Source: Phyllobates terribilis (Eukaryota). Taken from it: 64,000 bases of DNA. Of the stretch, positions 37,182 through 50,305 are shown piece after piece; positions within the stretch are counted from its first letter, which is position 1; the number at the start of each line of letters is the position of its first letter. Under the pieces are notes generated by a model. That model saw only the letters and a program-made list of their open reading frames with translations, was not told the DNA's origin and ran no database searches. The translations under genes and the position numbers were made by a program. Location of the stretch: assembly GCF_046119375.1 (NCBI RefSeq), contig NW_027362768.1, positions 56,668,001 through 56,732,000 on the forward strand, in the 5' to 3' direction.

Positions 37182-38614
37182 TTACAACAGTTTTTGTATC
37201 TGGTTTTCATTTTTCATTTTTAAACACCAAAGACTCATTACACGTCACTCATTATGGGCTCATTACAGAATATGATGCGTCAACTTTATAAAAACACAAT
37301 AGGGTTTAAAAAATAAAAAGGATGAAATAAAATATAGTAAAACTGATTTCTGTCATATAAGGCAACAGGCAAAATGTCAAATTACTTTGAAGAGCTCTGG
37401 AACCCCACCCACTAGAGATTAGCTAATCTTTTGAAATTCGAATATTCGCAAACTTCAGCAAATTTAAAAAAAAAAGTTTAGAACATTCTGAGGTCTCCTT
37501 CCACTTTATCCAATCCCTTTCAATCTCTTTAACGCAAACACAACCTTAGTAATGTCAAAGTGACCTTAACATATATGGCTGTGGGTAACCATAAAATAAC
37601 CGTTCTGTAATGTGCTGTGATGTCACGCACTATTGGTAATCTATATTCACTGTTTATGACTTTCCCTCCCTATCTCTGTTGCTAAGCTGTGACATCCTCT
37701 CACTATCCAGATTCACCCCCAAATGGCCGCTGCATTTTCTGCCTCTGCATTTATACAGGATGTAATAGTCTTTTCTGATTTGGCACCTGTCAACTGTTAT
37801 TCCAGCCCAGGATGCTTTGACTACACCCCACAATTTTTGGCCATTTGTTGGCTTCGCCTCAGAAACAGCATTTTTGATTTCGCCCCACAAGTGTTCTATT
37901 GGATTAAGTTCCGAGGATTGGGCTGGCCACTCCATAACCTCAATTTTGTTGGACTGGAACCAAGATTTTGCTTGTTTACTGGTGTGTTTAGGGTCGCTGT
38001 CTTGTTGAAACACCCATTTCAAGGGCATATCATCTTCAGCATAAGGCAACATTACCTATTCAACTATTTTAATATATGCAAACTGGTCCATGATCCCTGG
38101 CATGCGGTAAATATATCATAGTAAGGCACCATAGTAAGGGAAACATGGCCATATCATAATAATTGCACCACCATGCTTCACTGTCTTCAGAGTGTATTGT
38201 GGCTGGAATGCAGAGTTTGGGGGTCATCTGACAAACTGTCTGCGGCCCTTGGACCCAAAAAGAACAATTTTACTTTCATCAGTCCACAAAATGTTTCTCC
38301 ATTTCTCTTTAGGCCAGTTGATGTGTTTTTTGGCAAATTGTATCCACTTCAGTACATGTCTTTTTTTTAGCAGTGGGATTTTGCGGGAACTTCTTGCTAA
38401 GAAATTAGCTTCACACAGGCTTCTCCTGTCACAGTACTCACAGGTAACTTGAGATTGTCTTTGACCATCCTGGAGCTGATCTTTGGCTGAGCCTTTGCCA
38501 TTCTGACTATTCTTCAGTCCATTCCAATGGTAGTCTTCCGTTTTCTTCCACGTCTCTCTGGTTTTACTCTCCATTTTAACCCCTTCCCAATGTGCACCGT
38601 ACATATACTACTCT

Positions 38615-39608
38615 AGACAACCAATCACAAAGGGTCAATAAAGGGCACTCCAAAATTATTTACAAATCCTACACAAAATACGGAGTTATCAGCCAAAGTA
38701 TCACCAAAGATCTTTATTAGAAACAGAAATCACAACATAACATGGTAGAAGGATAAAAACAAATAAAAGATGAATGTACAAGCAGAGATATGCACTCACA
38801 TGCTGGCCATACTGTAGTAGCTCAATAGCTGCCTAATAAATCTCATAGGAGCTCAGAATTATAATAGTACTACCATAATAGATGACAATCTCATGAGAGC
38901 TCCAAACAGTCACAGGTTAATATATGTATAAAAAGATAAATAATGACAACCTAAAAACTTAAGATCTAAAGTCCTATATCATAGTGGATGACAGTCTTTC
39001 ATCATATACAGTACCAATGATCATATACACTAAAGAACCCAGTGGTTAAACCCTACACAGAAAATATGTACTGTGTTGTAATACTACAGTCACAAGGGAA
39101 TAGTAGCTTAAGGGTCAAGTGACAACAATCTACTTATCATTATAAAGGATAGCAGGGTACAATATATTACTGAAGTAATTTAGAAACAAAATGTCAAGTG
39201 ACAAGAGTCTGCTCAGCATAATAGAAGACTGCACAAAAGAGTAGCAGGACACAATAAGCAGGTACAGAATGAGCCCCCCGGTCAAAAATAAACACAATGA
39301 GGTGTCATGAACATATACACTCAAAAGATGACTAAGGAAAAGGCATACCAGGATGGGAGTGCACCAGAAATCACCCCTCAGGGGTGGTCATCTATTATGG
39401 TAGTACTATTAGAATTCTGAGCTCCTATGGGATTTATTAGGTAGCTATTGAGCTACTACAGTATGGCCAGCACGTGAGTGCATATCTCTGCTTGTACATT
39501 CATCTTTTATTTGTTTTTATCATTCTATCATGTTATGTTTGTAATTTATGTATTTAATAAAGATCTGTTGATACTTTGGCTGATAACTCAGTATTTTGAG
39601 TAGGATTT
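38615..39608. mobile_element. ~1-kb insertion with 220-bp inverted repeats and 14-bp direct flanking repeats
   Basis: Arms 38664-38886 and 39387-39608 are reverse complements. Flanked by ACATATACT(A/G)CTCT at 38601-38614 and 39609-39622. Confidence 0.65.
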
Positions 39609-41056
39609 ACATATACTGCTCTGCAGGAGCTGCATTCCCGCAAAGAGCAGTATATGTATGGCGCAGTGATCGCTGGGGCTCACGCTGAGCGCTCCGAGAT
39701 CACATGCGGGTGCCAGCTCTATGTGAGAGCTGACACCCCGCATCAATGCCCATGATCGGTGCTAGCACCAATTGCGGGCATTTAACCCCTGTGATGATGC
39801 TGTCAATAGTGACAGCTATATCGCAGGGCATCGCAGAGGGAGTGGGCTCCCTCTTTGATTACATCAACAAAACACAATGCGATCGTGTTGATGGTCTTCA
39901 GGGTGACCCCCTGTCCCAAGATGGCCACAGGGTCCTTCAGGGGCCTTCAGGAAGGTGGCCACTCAGCGCTAGCTCAGAGAGCAGGCTGAGACACCTCCTT
40001 CCTGCCTGTCAGACGATAATCTGATGCTCTGCAGTGCAGATGCATTGCAGAGATCGCTGATCTGACTGAGTAAAGTTTACGTCCCGTCCTAGGACAATGT
40101 GAAATAGTAAAAAAAAGTTAATAACAATTGTAATAATATAAAAAAAAACTCACAAAAGAAAAGAGAGAATAATAATCCAATAAATACATTTACAGTATTT
40201 GTGTAAAAAAATAAATAAACAAAAAAAGTACACATATTTCATATCACCACGTCCGTCACGACCCGACCTATAAAATTGTCCCACTAGTTAACCCCTTCAG
40301 TGAACACCGTAAAAAAAAAGAAAAACAACTGTATGTGTTATCGTGATACCGCCGAATGAAAAGTAGAATAAAACACGATCAAAAAGACACATGTACATAA
40401 AAATGGTATTGACGAAAACGTCATCTTGTCCCGCAAAAAACAAGCTGCCATACAGCTCTGTCAGCGGATAAATAAAAAAGTTACAACTATCAGAATAAAG
40501 CAACGCCAAAATAATTATTTTTTAGAAAAAATAGTTTTTATTGTGTAAAAACGCCAAAACATAAAAAACAATATAAATGTGGTATCGCTGTAATCCTACT
40601 GACCCAAAGAATAAAGCTGTTTTATTAATTTTACAATACACAGAACGGCATAAAAAATACTCAAAAAACAATTCTTGAATTGTTGGTTTTTGTTCATTCT
40701 CCCTCCCAAAAAACGGAATAGAAAGTGATCAAAAAATGTCATTTGCCCGACAATGGTACCAATAAAAACATCAACTCGTCCTGCAAAAGATCTCACATGA
40801 CTTTGTCATCAGAAATATTAAAAAATTGTAGCTATCAAAATATGGCGATGCAAAAACTTGTTTTTACAATAAAAACGTCTTTTAGTGTGTGACAGCTACC
40901 AAACATAAAAACTCGCTATAATTCTGGTATTGCTGTAATCATATCAACCCAAAGAATAAAGTCGTCTAATCACTTATACCACATGAGGAACAGCGTAAAA
41001 AAAATAAATGAAACCAATTATTCACCTGCTGCTGCTTTGTTCTTTCTGCCTCGGCT

Positions 41057-41432
41057 CACATTTTTCCTGCACTCTACGCTAAGTGCTTACATCAGGGTTT
41101 CCGTGTAAATTTCTGAAATACATGATTCAGATGGAACCCCCAGCGTAAGATTCCCTGTAATGAGGCAGATGGAGACACTGTGGCCGTCGTCTGACTTATG
41201 ATCCGGCGGTGTCCGTCTTTTTATTAGGCGTGCATAAAAGTGCTGTCGGCCAGTTTTGTGAACCTCTGAAAAGAAGGACACTGCTGACAGAGGCCAGACT
41301 GAATCCAGAGTAACTCTACTGCCTCATTATAGTGAATGGATCCCTTGGAGATTTCATATGAATCACGTCATTTGGAGATTTAAATGAAAACCCTGATGTA
41401 AGTGCTCAGCGTAGAATGCTGGATAAATGTGA
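41057..41432. mobile_element. MITE with ~47-bp TIRs nested in the piggyBac-type element
   Basis: TCACATTTTTCC...CTACGCT...CTTACATCAGGGTTT at the left versus AAACCCTGATGTAAG...AGCGTAG...GGATAAATGTGA at the right. Confidence 0.7.
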
Positions 41433-43603
41433 TCCAAAATGTTATGTAAAATTTTCCCAATAAAAGCGTCAACTCCATTCACAAAAATAGCAAGTCTCCA
41501 CTCAGGTCTGTTATCTGTTAAGTAAAATATAGGGGGCTCCACGTTACTGGTAGCACAAAGGCTCTGGAAAAACAAAATGGCCCCTCACCCTCCAAAATAA
41601 ATCCAGCGAATTCTGCGCTCCCAAATTCAAATGCCTAATTTACGAGTGCATGTCTCCAGAAGAACGAGTTGGTCATAATGTACTGGTCACTACAACTGGT
41701 CACTACAGCGTACCGTTCACTACAACGCGCCAGTTTGCAATCTTCACTTAGCAACATCCACTGCTGCTTGTTTCCGGTCACTTGAGTGGGATTCTGCTCT
41801 TCTAGCACGTAGGGGCTTTGTATATGGAGTCCGCAAACTATTCTAGGAAAATCTGCGCTCCAGTAGGCAAAAAGCACTCCGTCCCTCCCGAGTCTCACCG
41901 TATGGCTAAGCAGTACTGTACAGCCACATATGGGGTATTTCTACATTCAGCAGAAATTGTGTGACAAATTTTGGTGCCATTTTTACCCATTTCCCAGTGT
42001 GAAAATGTAAAATCTTTGGCTCAAACAAAATTTTGGTTGTAAAAATTAAATTATTTTTTCTTCACTGCCCAATGGTATAACATTTTGTGACACACCTGTA
42101 GTGTCAATATGATGACTGCACCCCTAGATTAATTCATTGAGAGGTGTAGTTTTTAAAATGGGGTCACTTATGGGGGGGTTCAGCTGATCTGGCGCCTCAG
42201 GGGCTCTGACATGGCACCCTCAAACTAGTCCAACAAAATCTGAACTCCAATATGGTGCTTTTTTCCCTTCTGAGGTTTGCACTATGCCTCAAAAGTAGTT
42301 TTCGACCACATATGGGGTATCTGCATACTCAGGAGAATTTGCACAAAAAATTTTGAGGTTCATTTTCTCTGGTTACCCTTGTGAAAATGCAAAATTTGGG
42401 GCTAAAACAACATTCTTGCTGGAAAAATTAGATTTTTTTATTTTCACGGCTCAATGTTATAAACTTCTGTGAAGCACCTGGGAGTTCAAGGTGCTCACCA
42501 CACATCTAGATAAGTTCCCTGAGGGATTTAGTTTCCAAAATGTAATCACTTGTGGGGGTTTCCACTGTTTAGACACATCAGGGGCTCTCCAAACCCGACA
42601 TGGCGTCCGCTAATTATTCCAGCAAATTTTACATTCAAAAAGTTGAATGGCACTCCTTTAGTTACAAGCCTTGCTTTGTGCCCAAACAGTAGTTTTTCTC
42701 CACATATTGGGTATCTGTGTGCTCAGGAGAAGATGCACAACAAACTCTTGGGTCCATTTTCTCCTGTTACCCTTGTGAAAGTAAAAAAAATTGGGTCTAA
42801 AGTTACATTTTTGTGAAAAAAAAGTGAAATGTTTATTTTTTCCTTCCACATTCCATTAATTCTTGTGAAGCACCTAATGGGTTAATAAACTTCTTGAATG
42901 TGGTTTTGAGCACCTAGAGGGATGCAGTTTTTAGAATGGTGTCACTTTTGGGTATTTTATGTCATAAAGGCCCCTTAAAGTCACTTCAAATGTGATGTGG
43001 TCCCTAAAGAAATGGTTTTGTAAAGTTTGTTGGAAAAATGAGAAATCGCTGGTCAACTTTTAATCCTTATAACTTCCTAACAAAAAAAAATGTTGTTTCC
43101 AAATTGTGCTGATGTAAATTTGGCATGTGGTAAATGTTATTTATGAACTATTTTGTGTGACATGACTCTCTGATTTAAGAGCATAAAGATTAAAAGTTTG
43201 AAAATGTAAAAATTTTCACAATTTTCAGATTTTTTCACAAATAAATGTAAGTCATATAAATTTTTTTTACCATTATCATGAAGTCCAATATGTCATGAAA
43301 AAAAAAATCTCCGAATCACAGGGATCTGTTGAAGTGTTCCAGAGTTATTACCTCATAAAGTGACACTGGTCAGAATTAAAAAAATTGGCCTGATCGGGAA
43401 GATGAAGACAGGCTTCGGGTAAAGGGGTTAAAGCATTGGAGATCATTTTAGCTGAACAGCCTATTATTGTCTGCACTTCTGTATAAGTTTTACCCTCTCC
43501 AATCAATTTTTTAATCAAAGTAAGCTGTTCTTCTGAACAATTTCTCGAATGACACATATTTCTCAGGCTTTCAAGGAGAAATGCATGTACAACATGTGCT
43601 GGC

Positions 43604-46600
43604 TTCCAGTGCTGCCTATCAGCTTGTTTATCAGCTGTGCCCACCAGCCTGTCTATAGGCTGTGCCCGCATGCCTGTCTATCAGCTGTGACCACCTGTTT
43701 GTCTTTCAGTGCTGCCTACCTACCAGCCAAGCTCATCTGCCAGCCCATCTGCCATGCCTGTCTGCTTCGGCTCTCAGTCCCTTGGGAGTCGTCAGCTCTC
43801 ACATGAGGTAGGTCCCAGTGTGGCACCTGGTCCACCTTCCCAGTTCACGAAATAGACTAAGCCACTGTGTAACCAGGGTCGGTCCGGGTAGGCATTTAGT
43901 TACGCCCCTCTAGTCCTTCTTTGTACCATGGCACAGTGGTTCCACCACCGGACCTGTAATAGTTTGCACAGGCCATGGAATCTGGTGGCTTCCAGGCTCT
44001 CTCGCTTTCAGACCTGTGCCAAGAGGTCTCCCGCCAGAGATCTCAACAGGATACGATCCTGTCCTATCTGTGGACTGTTAACTCCCGCTTGGATGCACTG
44101 TCCACTCCAGCTGTTCCCTGCCTCTAACTAAGTGGCATCCGCTTCGGTGGCACCTCAGCCCAGTGGCGGTGTGGCACCCAGCTAAGGACCCCGACTATCT
44201 GCTCCACCACACTTTGGCGGTGATCCCGCTCTATGTCGGGGCTTCATCAACCAGTGCATGCTGCCCTTTGAGCTCCTGGCTCATTAGTTTGCTTCTGACT
44301 GGGCTAAAGTGGCATTTATCATGTCCCATTTCACCAGAGAAGCATTGCCGTGGCTCAATCCCCTATGGGAGAGAGGGGATCCCTGGTGTCTAACCTCCAG
44401 GCTTTTCTTGCGGCCTTCCGGGTTTTTGATGAGCCGGCCACACATCCTCGACTGCCTCCTCTCTTCTTCGTCTACGCCAAGGGAACCTCACAGTGGGCCA
44501 GTATGCTGTGTGTTTCTGTACCCTCACGTCTCAACAGGCCTGGAAAAATGAGGCCCTGGTGTCTACCTCTTGGGAGGGCCATTCTGTGCGGATCAAGGAC
44601 GAACCAGCTGGTCGTAACATACCCACCACTCTGGACGACCTGGTGTCTTTGGCCACACAGATGGACATCAGATTCCAGGAGCGTTCTAAGGAGGTGATCC
44701 ATGAGAGAAAATCTCTGTGCCTTGCACCAACCTTCCAAGGGCCAGTCTCTCTACAAGCCTCTGCCTCGGCATCCACCCCAGGAGCTATGCAGGTAGACCA
44801 GGTAAAGATGGTCAAGTCTCACTAGGATGTCCGCTGCGCCGAGGGAAGATATTTTTACTGTGGCAGCACGGAGCATTTAATTCACTCTTTTTTCAGAGAG
44901 ACCGGGAAACTCCAGTACCTAGGATCACTTGGAGAGGTCGTCCTTGGCAAAAAATTTTCCTCTCCATCCTTGACACTATCTGTATCGATAACCTGTGGTG
45001 AGATACATTTTTTCGAGACTGCCTATCTGGAGTCTGGTGCCGCTGGGAATCTCATCCAACAGGCCATTGAAGAGCAGTATCAGATCCCTATTCAACATCT
45101 TTTGGATCCATTAGCGGTTTCCTCCGTGGATGGGAGGCCCTTTTCAGAGTCCATCTTGTTCGTCACCGAGCCTGTAGTTCTTCAGATAAGAATGCTACAC
45201 TCGGAGAAAATATCCTTCTACATGCTGTCCGGCCTCTCTAACTCTTTACTGCTTGAACTGCCCTGACTTCAGACACACGAGCCGGTTTTGAATTGGAGTT
45301 CTGGAGAGGTGCTCCACTGGGGTCAATTAGTGTCACAAGACATGCTTGGTTTCAGTCCATCCTACTCGACCTCCGTCCACTCCAAGTAATATGCCTGGCT
45401 TGCCGGCACCCTACTGGTCATACGCTGACATCTTTGACAAGGAGGCGGCTGAGACACTACTACGTTATAGGCCCATCGACCTCAGACTGTCCCATCGACC
45501 TCATTTCTGGTGCTTCACCACCCCAAGGTCGAATTTACCCCCTGTCGTTGGCTGAGACCCGAGCCATGTCCGAATACATCAAAGAGAATCTTGCTAGGGG
45601 ATTTATCCAGAAATCCACCTCTCCGGCTGGAGCAGGATTCTTCTTTGTCAAGAAGAAGGATGGCTCTCTTCGCCCATGTATCGACTATAGGGGTCTAAAT
45701 CAGATAACTATCAAAAACAAGTATCCTCTGCCTCTCATTTCCAAGTTGTTTGATCGCCTCAAGGGCGCCAAGGTGTGTACTAAGCTCGATATCCATGGTG
45801 CATACAATCTGATCTGGATTTTTTTTTTCATGACATATTGGACTTCATGATAATGGTAAAAAAAAATTATATGACTTACATTTATTTGTGAAAAAATCTG
45901 AAAATTGTGAAAATTTTTACATTTTCAAACTTTTAATCTTTATGCTCTTAAATCAGAGAGTCATGTCACACAAAATAGTTCATAAATAACATTTACCACA
46001 TGCCAAATTTACATCAGCACAATTTTGGAAACAACATTTTTTTTGTTAGGAAGTTATAAGGATTAAAAGTTGACCAGCGATTTCTCATTTTTCCAACAAA
46101 CTTTACAAAACCATTTCTTTAGGGACCACATCACATTTGAAGTGACTTTAAGGGACCTTTATGACAGAAAATACCCAAAAGTGACACCATTCTAAAAACT
46201 GCATCCCTCTAGGTGCTCAAAACCACATTCAAGAAGTTTATTAACCCATTAGGTGCTTCACAAGAATTAATGGAATGTGGAAGGAAAAAATAAACATTTC
46301 ACTTTTTTTTCACAAAAATGTAACTTTAGACCCAATTTTTTTTACTTTCACAAGGGTAACAGGAGAAAATGGGTGACGAGTGGAAGACGGCATTCAACAC
46401 TCGGGATGGCCACTACAAGTACCGGGTGATGCCCTTCGGTCTCTGCAATGCACCAGCAGTCTTCCAAGAACTGGTGAATGACATCTTCCAAGATCTTCTA
46501 TACTCGTGCGTGGTAGTGTATCTGGACGATATCCTGGTGTTCTCTTCTGATCTACCCTCACATCGTAGAGACGTTCGACAGGTATTGCAGAGGCTTAAAA

Positions 46601-49323
46601 AAAATCGTCTGTATGCCAAATTTGGGAAATGCGTCTTTGAACAGACTTCTCTTCTCTTCCTGGGATACATAATCTCGGAGACAGGGCTTAAGATGGACCC
46701 CAAAAAGTGTCTGCCGTTCTAAAGTGGTACCAACCTGAGGGATTGAAGGCTATTCAGCAATATCTGGGGTTCACTAATTATTACTGCCTGTTCATTCCTC
46801 ATTTTTCCTCCCGGACTGCTCCCATCTCTGCACTGACCCGCAAAGGGGTTAATCCCAAGGAATGGACTACCGAGGTGGAAAATGTCTTTGAATCCTTGAA
46901 ACAAGTCTTCTCTTTTGCCCCAGCGCTTCATAGTCCTGACTGTAACATGCATTTCTTTCTGGAGGTTGGCGCCTCTGCCTCTGGGGCCGGAGCAGTTCTT
47001 ACCCAGAAAACATTGTCCAGGCGAATGGTAACCTGCGGCTTCTTTTCCAAGCTCTTCACTCCGTTGGAGCGCAATTATTCCATTGGAGATCAAGAACTTC
47101 TTGCTATCAAACTGGCGCTGGAGGAGTGGTGGTTCTTGCATCTAGTGGTCATCTACACGGGCCACAAGAATCTCGCATACTTGCAGTCCGCTCAGCAACT
47201 TAATCCTCGTCATACCAGATGGTCTCTGTTCTTTGCTCGCTTCAATTTCACTCTTCATTTCCTTCCAGCAGATAAGAATATTAAGACAGACACCCTCTCA
47301 TGCTCATTCCTGTCTACTGATCAAGAGGAGGAGCCTCTACACATCATTGATCCCTCCAGAATAATGACTGTCGCCCCATTTGACCTGTCTCATCTTCCTC
47401 CTGGTAAGACCTTTGTGGCTGCTCCGGATAGGAAGAGGGTCTTACTCTGGGGTCATTCGTCCAAACTGGCAGGACATGCCGGTCGGAGAAATACGCTTCT
47501 GCTAATTTCCCGACATTATTGGTGGTCGACCCTGCGCAAGGACGTTGCAGATTTTGTCTCTGCTTGCTCTACCTGTGCCCATAACAAGACGCCTAGGCAG
47601 CTTCCGACTGGTCGACTTCTTCCTCTACCATGCCTTCCGCTCTGTGGCAACATATTGAGATGGATTTCATCACGGATCTTGCTGTATCAGCTGGGTGTAC
47701 TTTCATTTGGGTGGTCGCTGACCGCTTCTCCAAGATGGCCCTCTTCATCCCCTTGCCGAGTCTTCCTTCTGAGCCAGTGATAGCTAAAGACTTTATCCTT
47801 CACATCTTCCGTCTCCACGGCCTACCTCTTCATATTATCTAGGTTGAGCATATCAATCAGATCCTCACTAGCTTCCTTCGGCATTTCGTCAACGCTCACC
47901 TTAGCGACTGGGTGAAGCTTCTGCCTTGGGTCGAATTTTCCTACAATAACCATGTGAGTGAATCCTCAGCCAAATCTCCATTCTTTGTGGTGTACGGTCA
48001 GTATCCCAATATTCTGTTTCCAGCTTCTACTTCTGTTGACAATCCTGCTGTGGAGTCTCTTTTCGTGATTTGGGAGGACACTAAAACAGCGCTGCTGCAG
48101 CCCTCAGTGGATGAGGAAACATGCAGATAAGAGACATCTGGACCACCCTCTATTCCGTCCCGGGGACAAGGTCTGGCTCCCCTCCAAGTATGTCCATCTC
48201 AAGATACCTTCATACAAGTTGGGGCCGCGGTTCATCAGTCCTTTTGAAATTCTGAGCCAGATAAATCCAGTGGCGTACAAGTTGAAACTTCCTGCCTCAT
48301 TACGGATCCCCAATTCCTTTCATGTGTCTCTCCTCAAGCCTGTAGCTCTCAATTCCTTCTCTGATGATCTGGGTACCACTCCAGCTTCAGTCTCCGCTGA
48401 GGACATTTTCGAGGTAGAGAGCATTTTGGCCACCAAAAGGGTAAGAGGAAAGGCTTTCTTTCTTGTTTGGTCCTGAGGAGAACATTCATCCTCCTCTTCT
48501 CCTGGAGAGATTTCTTACGGGCTTCAAAAAGAGGGGGGGGGGTACTGTAGTGTTGGCGTCTCTGCCTCCTGCCCAGCAGAGACGCCGATCCCCCCACTGC
48601 CGCGGTCCCGGTCCGGCGTCCTCTGCTCCTCCTTCCGGCTCCTCCTTCCGGCTCCCTCACCATGCCTGCCCGGTGTGCGTGCACCGTGCACAGATCCCTG
48701 GGCACTGTACTTAGGGCGCGCGCTTCCTACTTTTTAAAGGGGCCATGCACGCCGTCCTAAAATGTCCACGGCCAATGGCTGGAGGACTTCTGTTATCTAA
48801 GGCACCTCCTCCAAAATGGAGGTGCCTGTGCAAAGTTGTTGTTCTAACACTTGCTCCAGCCCTCAGGTTCCAGTGCTGCCCATCATCTTGTTTATCAGCC
48901 GTGCGCGCCAGTCGGTTTCAGCCATGCCCACCAGTCTATCAGCCATGCCCGCCAGCCTGTCTATCGGCTGTGCCCAACAGCCTGTCTATCGGCTGTGCCC
49001 AACAGCCTGTCTATTAGCCATGCCCACCTGCCTGTCTATCAGCCGTGACCACCTGTCTTTCTTCCAGCGCTGCCTGCCTACCTACCAGCCGAGTTCATCT
49101 GCCAGCCCATCTGCCGTGCCTGTCAGCTTCGGCTCTCAGTTCCATGGGAGCCGCCTGCTCTCACATGAAGTCGGTCCCAGTGTGGCACCTAGTCCACCTT
49201 CCCGGTCCCCTCCTTTGTTCACAAAGTCGACTAAGCCGCCATGTAGCCAGGGCTGGTCTCGGTAGGCACTTAGTTACGCCCCTCTGGTCCCTTCCTTGTA
49301 CCACGGCACAGTGGTTCCACCAC
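43604..49323 (+). mobile_element. Gypsy chromovirus element 2, mutated, both outer LTR ends truncated
   Basis: 5' LTR remnant 43604-43961. Fragmented gag, pol (45293-45850 [21 protein letters not shown]; 46369-46722 YLDD), RNase H/integrase (46707-47842) and chromodomain stub. PPT AAAAAGAGGGGGGGGGTAC, then 3' LTR 48546-49323. Confidence 0.93.
45817..46372 (-). repeat. 556-bp inverted near-identical copy of 42754-43309 inserted in Gypsy-2 RT
   Basis: Reverse-complement match with only two substitutions seen plus homopolymer-length differences. Interrupts GAYNLIWI|GDEWKTAF. Confidence 0.95.
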
Positions 49324-50305
49324 TCACTAATTGAACTCCACACTGCTATTATTCTGAACACACCCCCTTTCAATTAATTATGCAATTACACAGACTCAAA
49401 AACTTGCAGATGATGAATGCTGAGTCTGTTGGTTTTCTTAGAATCTACTGCACCAACTGGTAAATTGTGTGACGTGGTAATATAATTTATACCAAAAACA
49501 GTGATTAATCTGGTTAGTCATATTGGACTGCTATTATTTTGAACACTACTGTATTCTACTCCTTGATCATCACTTTAAAGTCCAGAATAATTTAATAAAA
49601 TATAATAAATGAATGCATCTAAACCACCCTAGAAAACAATAAAATCTTTACATTGTTTTACACAAAAGTGCAATGAACAGATATAAATAAAAATATTCAG
49701 TGCAATGAAAACTAAAGCACCACTCATGTGTTTTATTTTTATTTAAGCCACCATATTCCTATGTTCTCAGTGTCGCTCTGGTGGGTCTGCAGCACTTTGC
49801 AACCTGCCAGAACGCTCCACTGTTTGCTGGGTGAGCCAGAGGTCACTACTCAATGTTAGTCTATGAGACCCAGAACGAGGCCAGAAAGAGCTATGAGAGC
49901 TTGCGACTGTTACCTCTGACTTGCGGTCACTCAGAAGTTGCAGTCACAAGATGGCGCTGTGGGAACAAAACGGCACTGGGAAGCGTTGAAGACAGCGGCT
50001 AGTAAGTGAAGTACTAGCAGCACGGAACTTAAATTAGTAGCACCACTCCAGCTCTGAAATAAAAGAAACACCAGAGTAGTGCTTTAATGCAGCTTACCAA
50101 AAGATATAACTGACATGTTATCTTTATTCGGTCAATACAATAGCGACAATAACAAATGTATATACTATACTTATTATGTTCAATTTTATTTTTTTTTTTT
50201 TCTCGCTAATTTGTGAGACCCATAACTTTGTTTTTTAATGAGACAGAGGAATGGGGTTGAGAAGCTGTGGTTTTCACTGGGGCTAATTTTGGATGCATAC
50301 CATGT

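Larger units (their letters stand above)
38580..43427. mobile_element. piggyBac-type non-autonomous element, 4848 bp
   Basis: TTAA|CCCCTT...AAGGGG|TTAA, with TTAA duplicated at 38576-38579 and 43428-43431. AT-rich interior without a transposase ORF. Confidence 0.85.
37775..49551 (-). mobile_element. Single Tc1 element split into three pieces (37775-38579, 43428-43606, 49323-49551)
   Basis: 5' TIR CAGTAGTGTTCAAAATAATAGCAGT plus TA at 49551. N-terminus SRNCSEEQLTLIKKLIGEGKTY...MISNAL at 43430-43606. The reading continues KWRVKPERRGRKRKTT across the duplicated TTAA, then LWTDESK and FQQDSDPKH. Confidence 0.88.
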
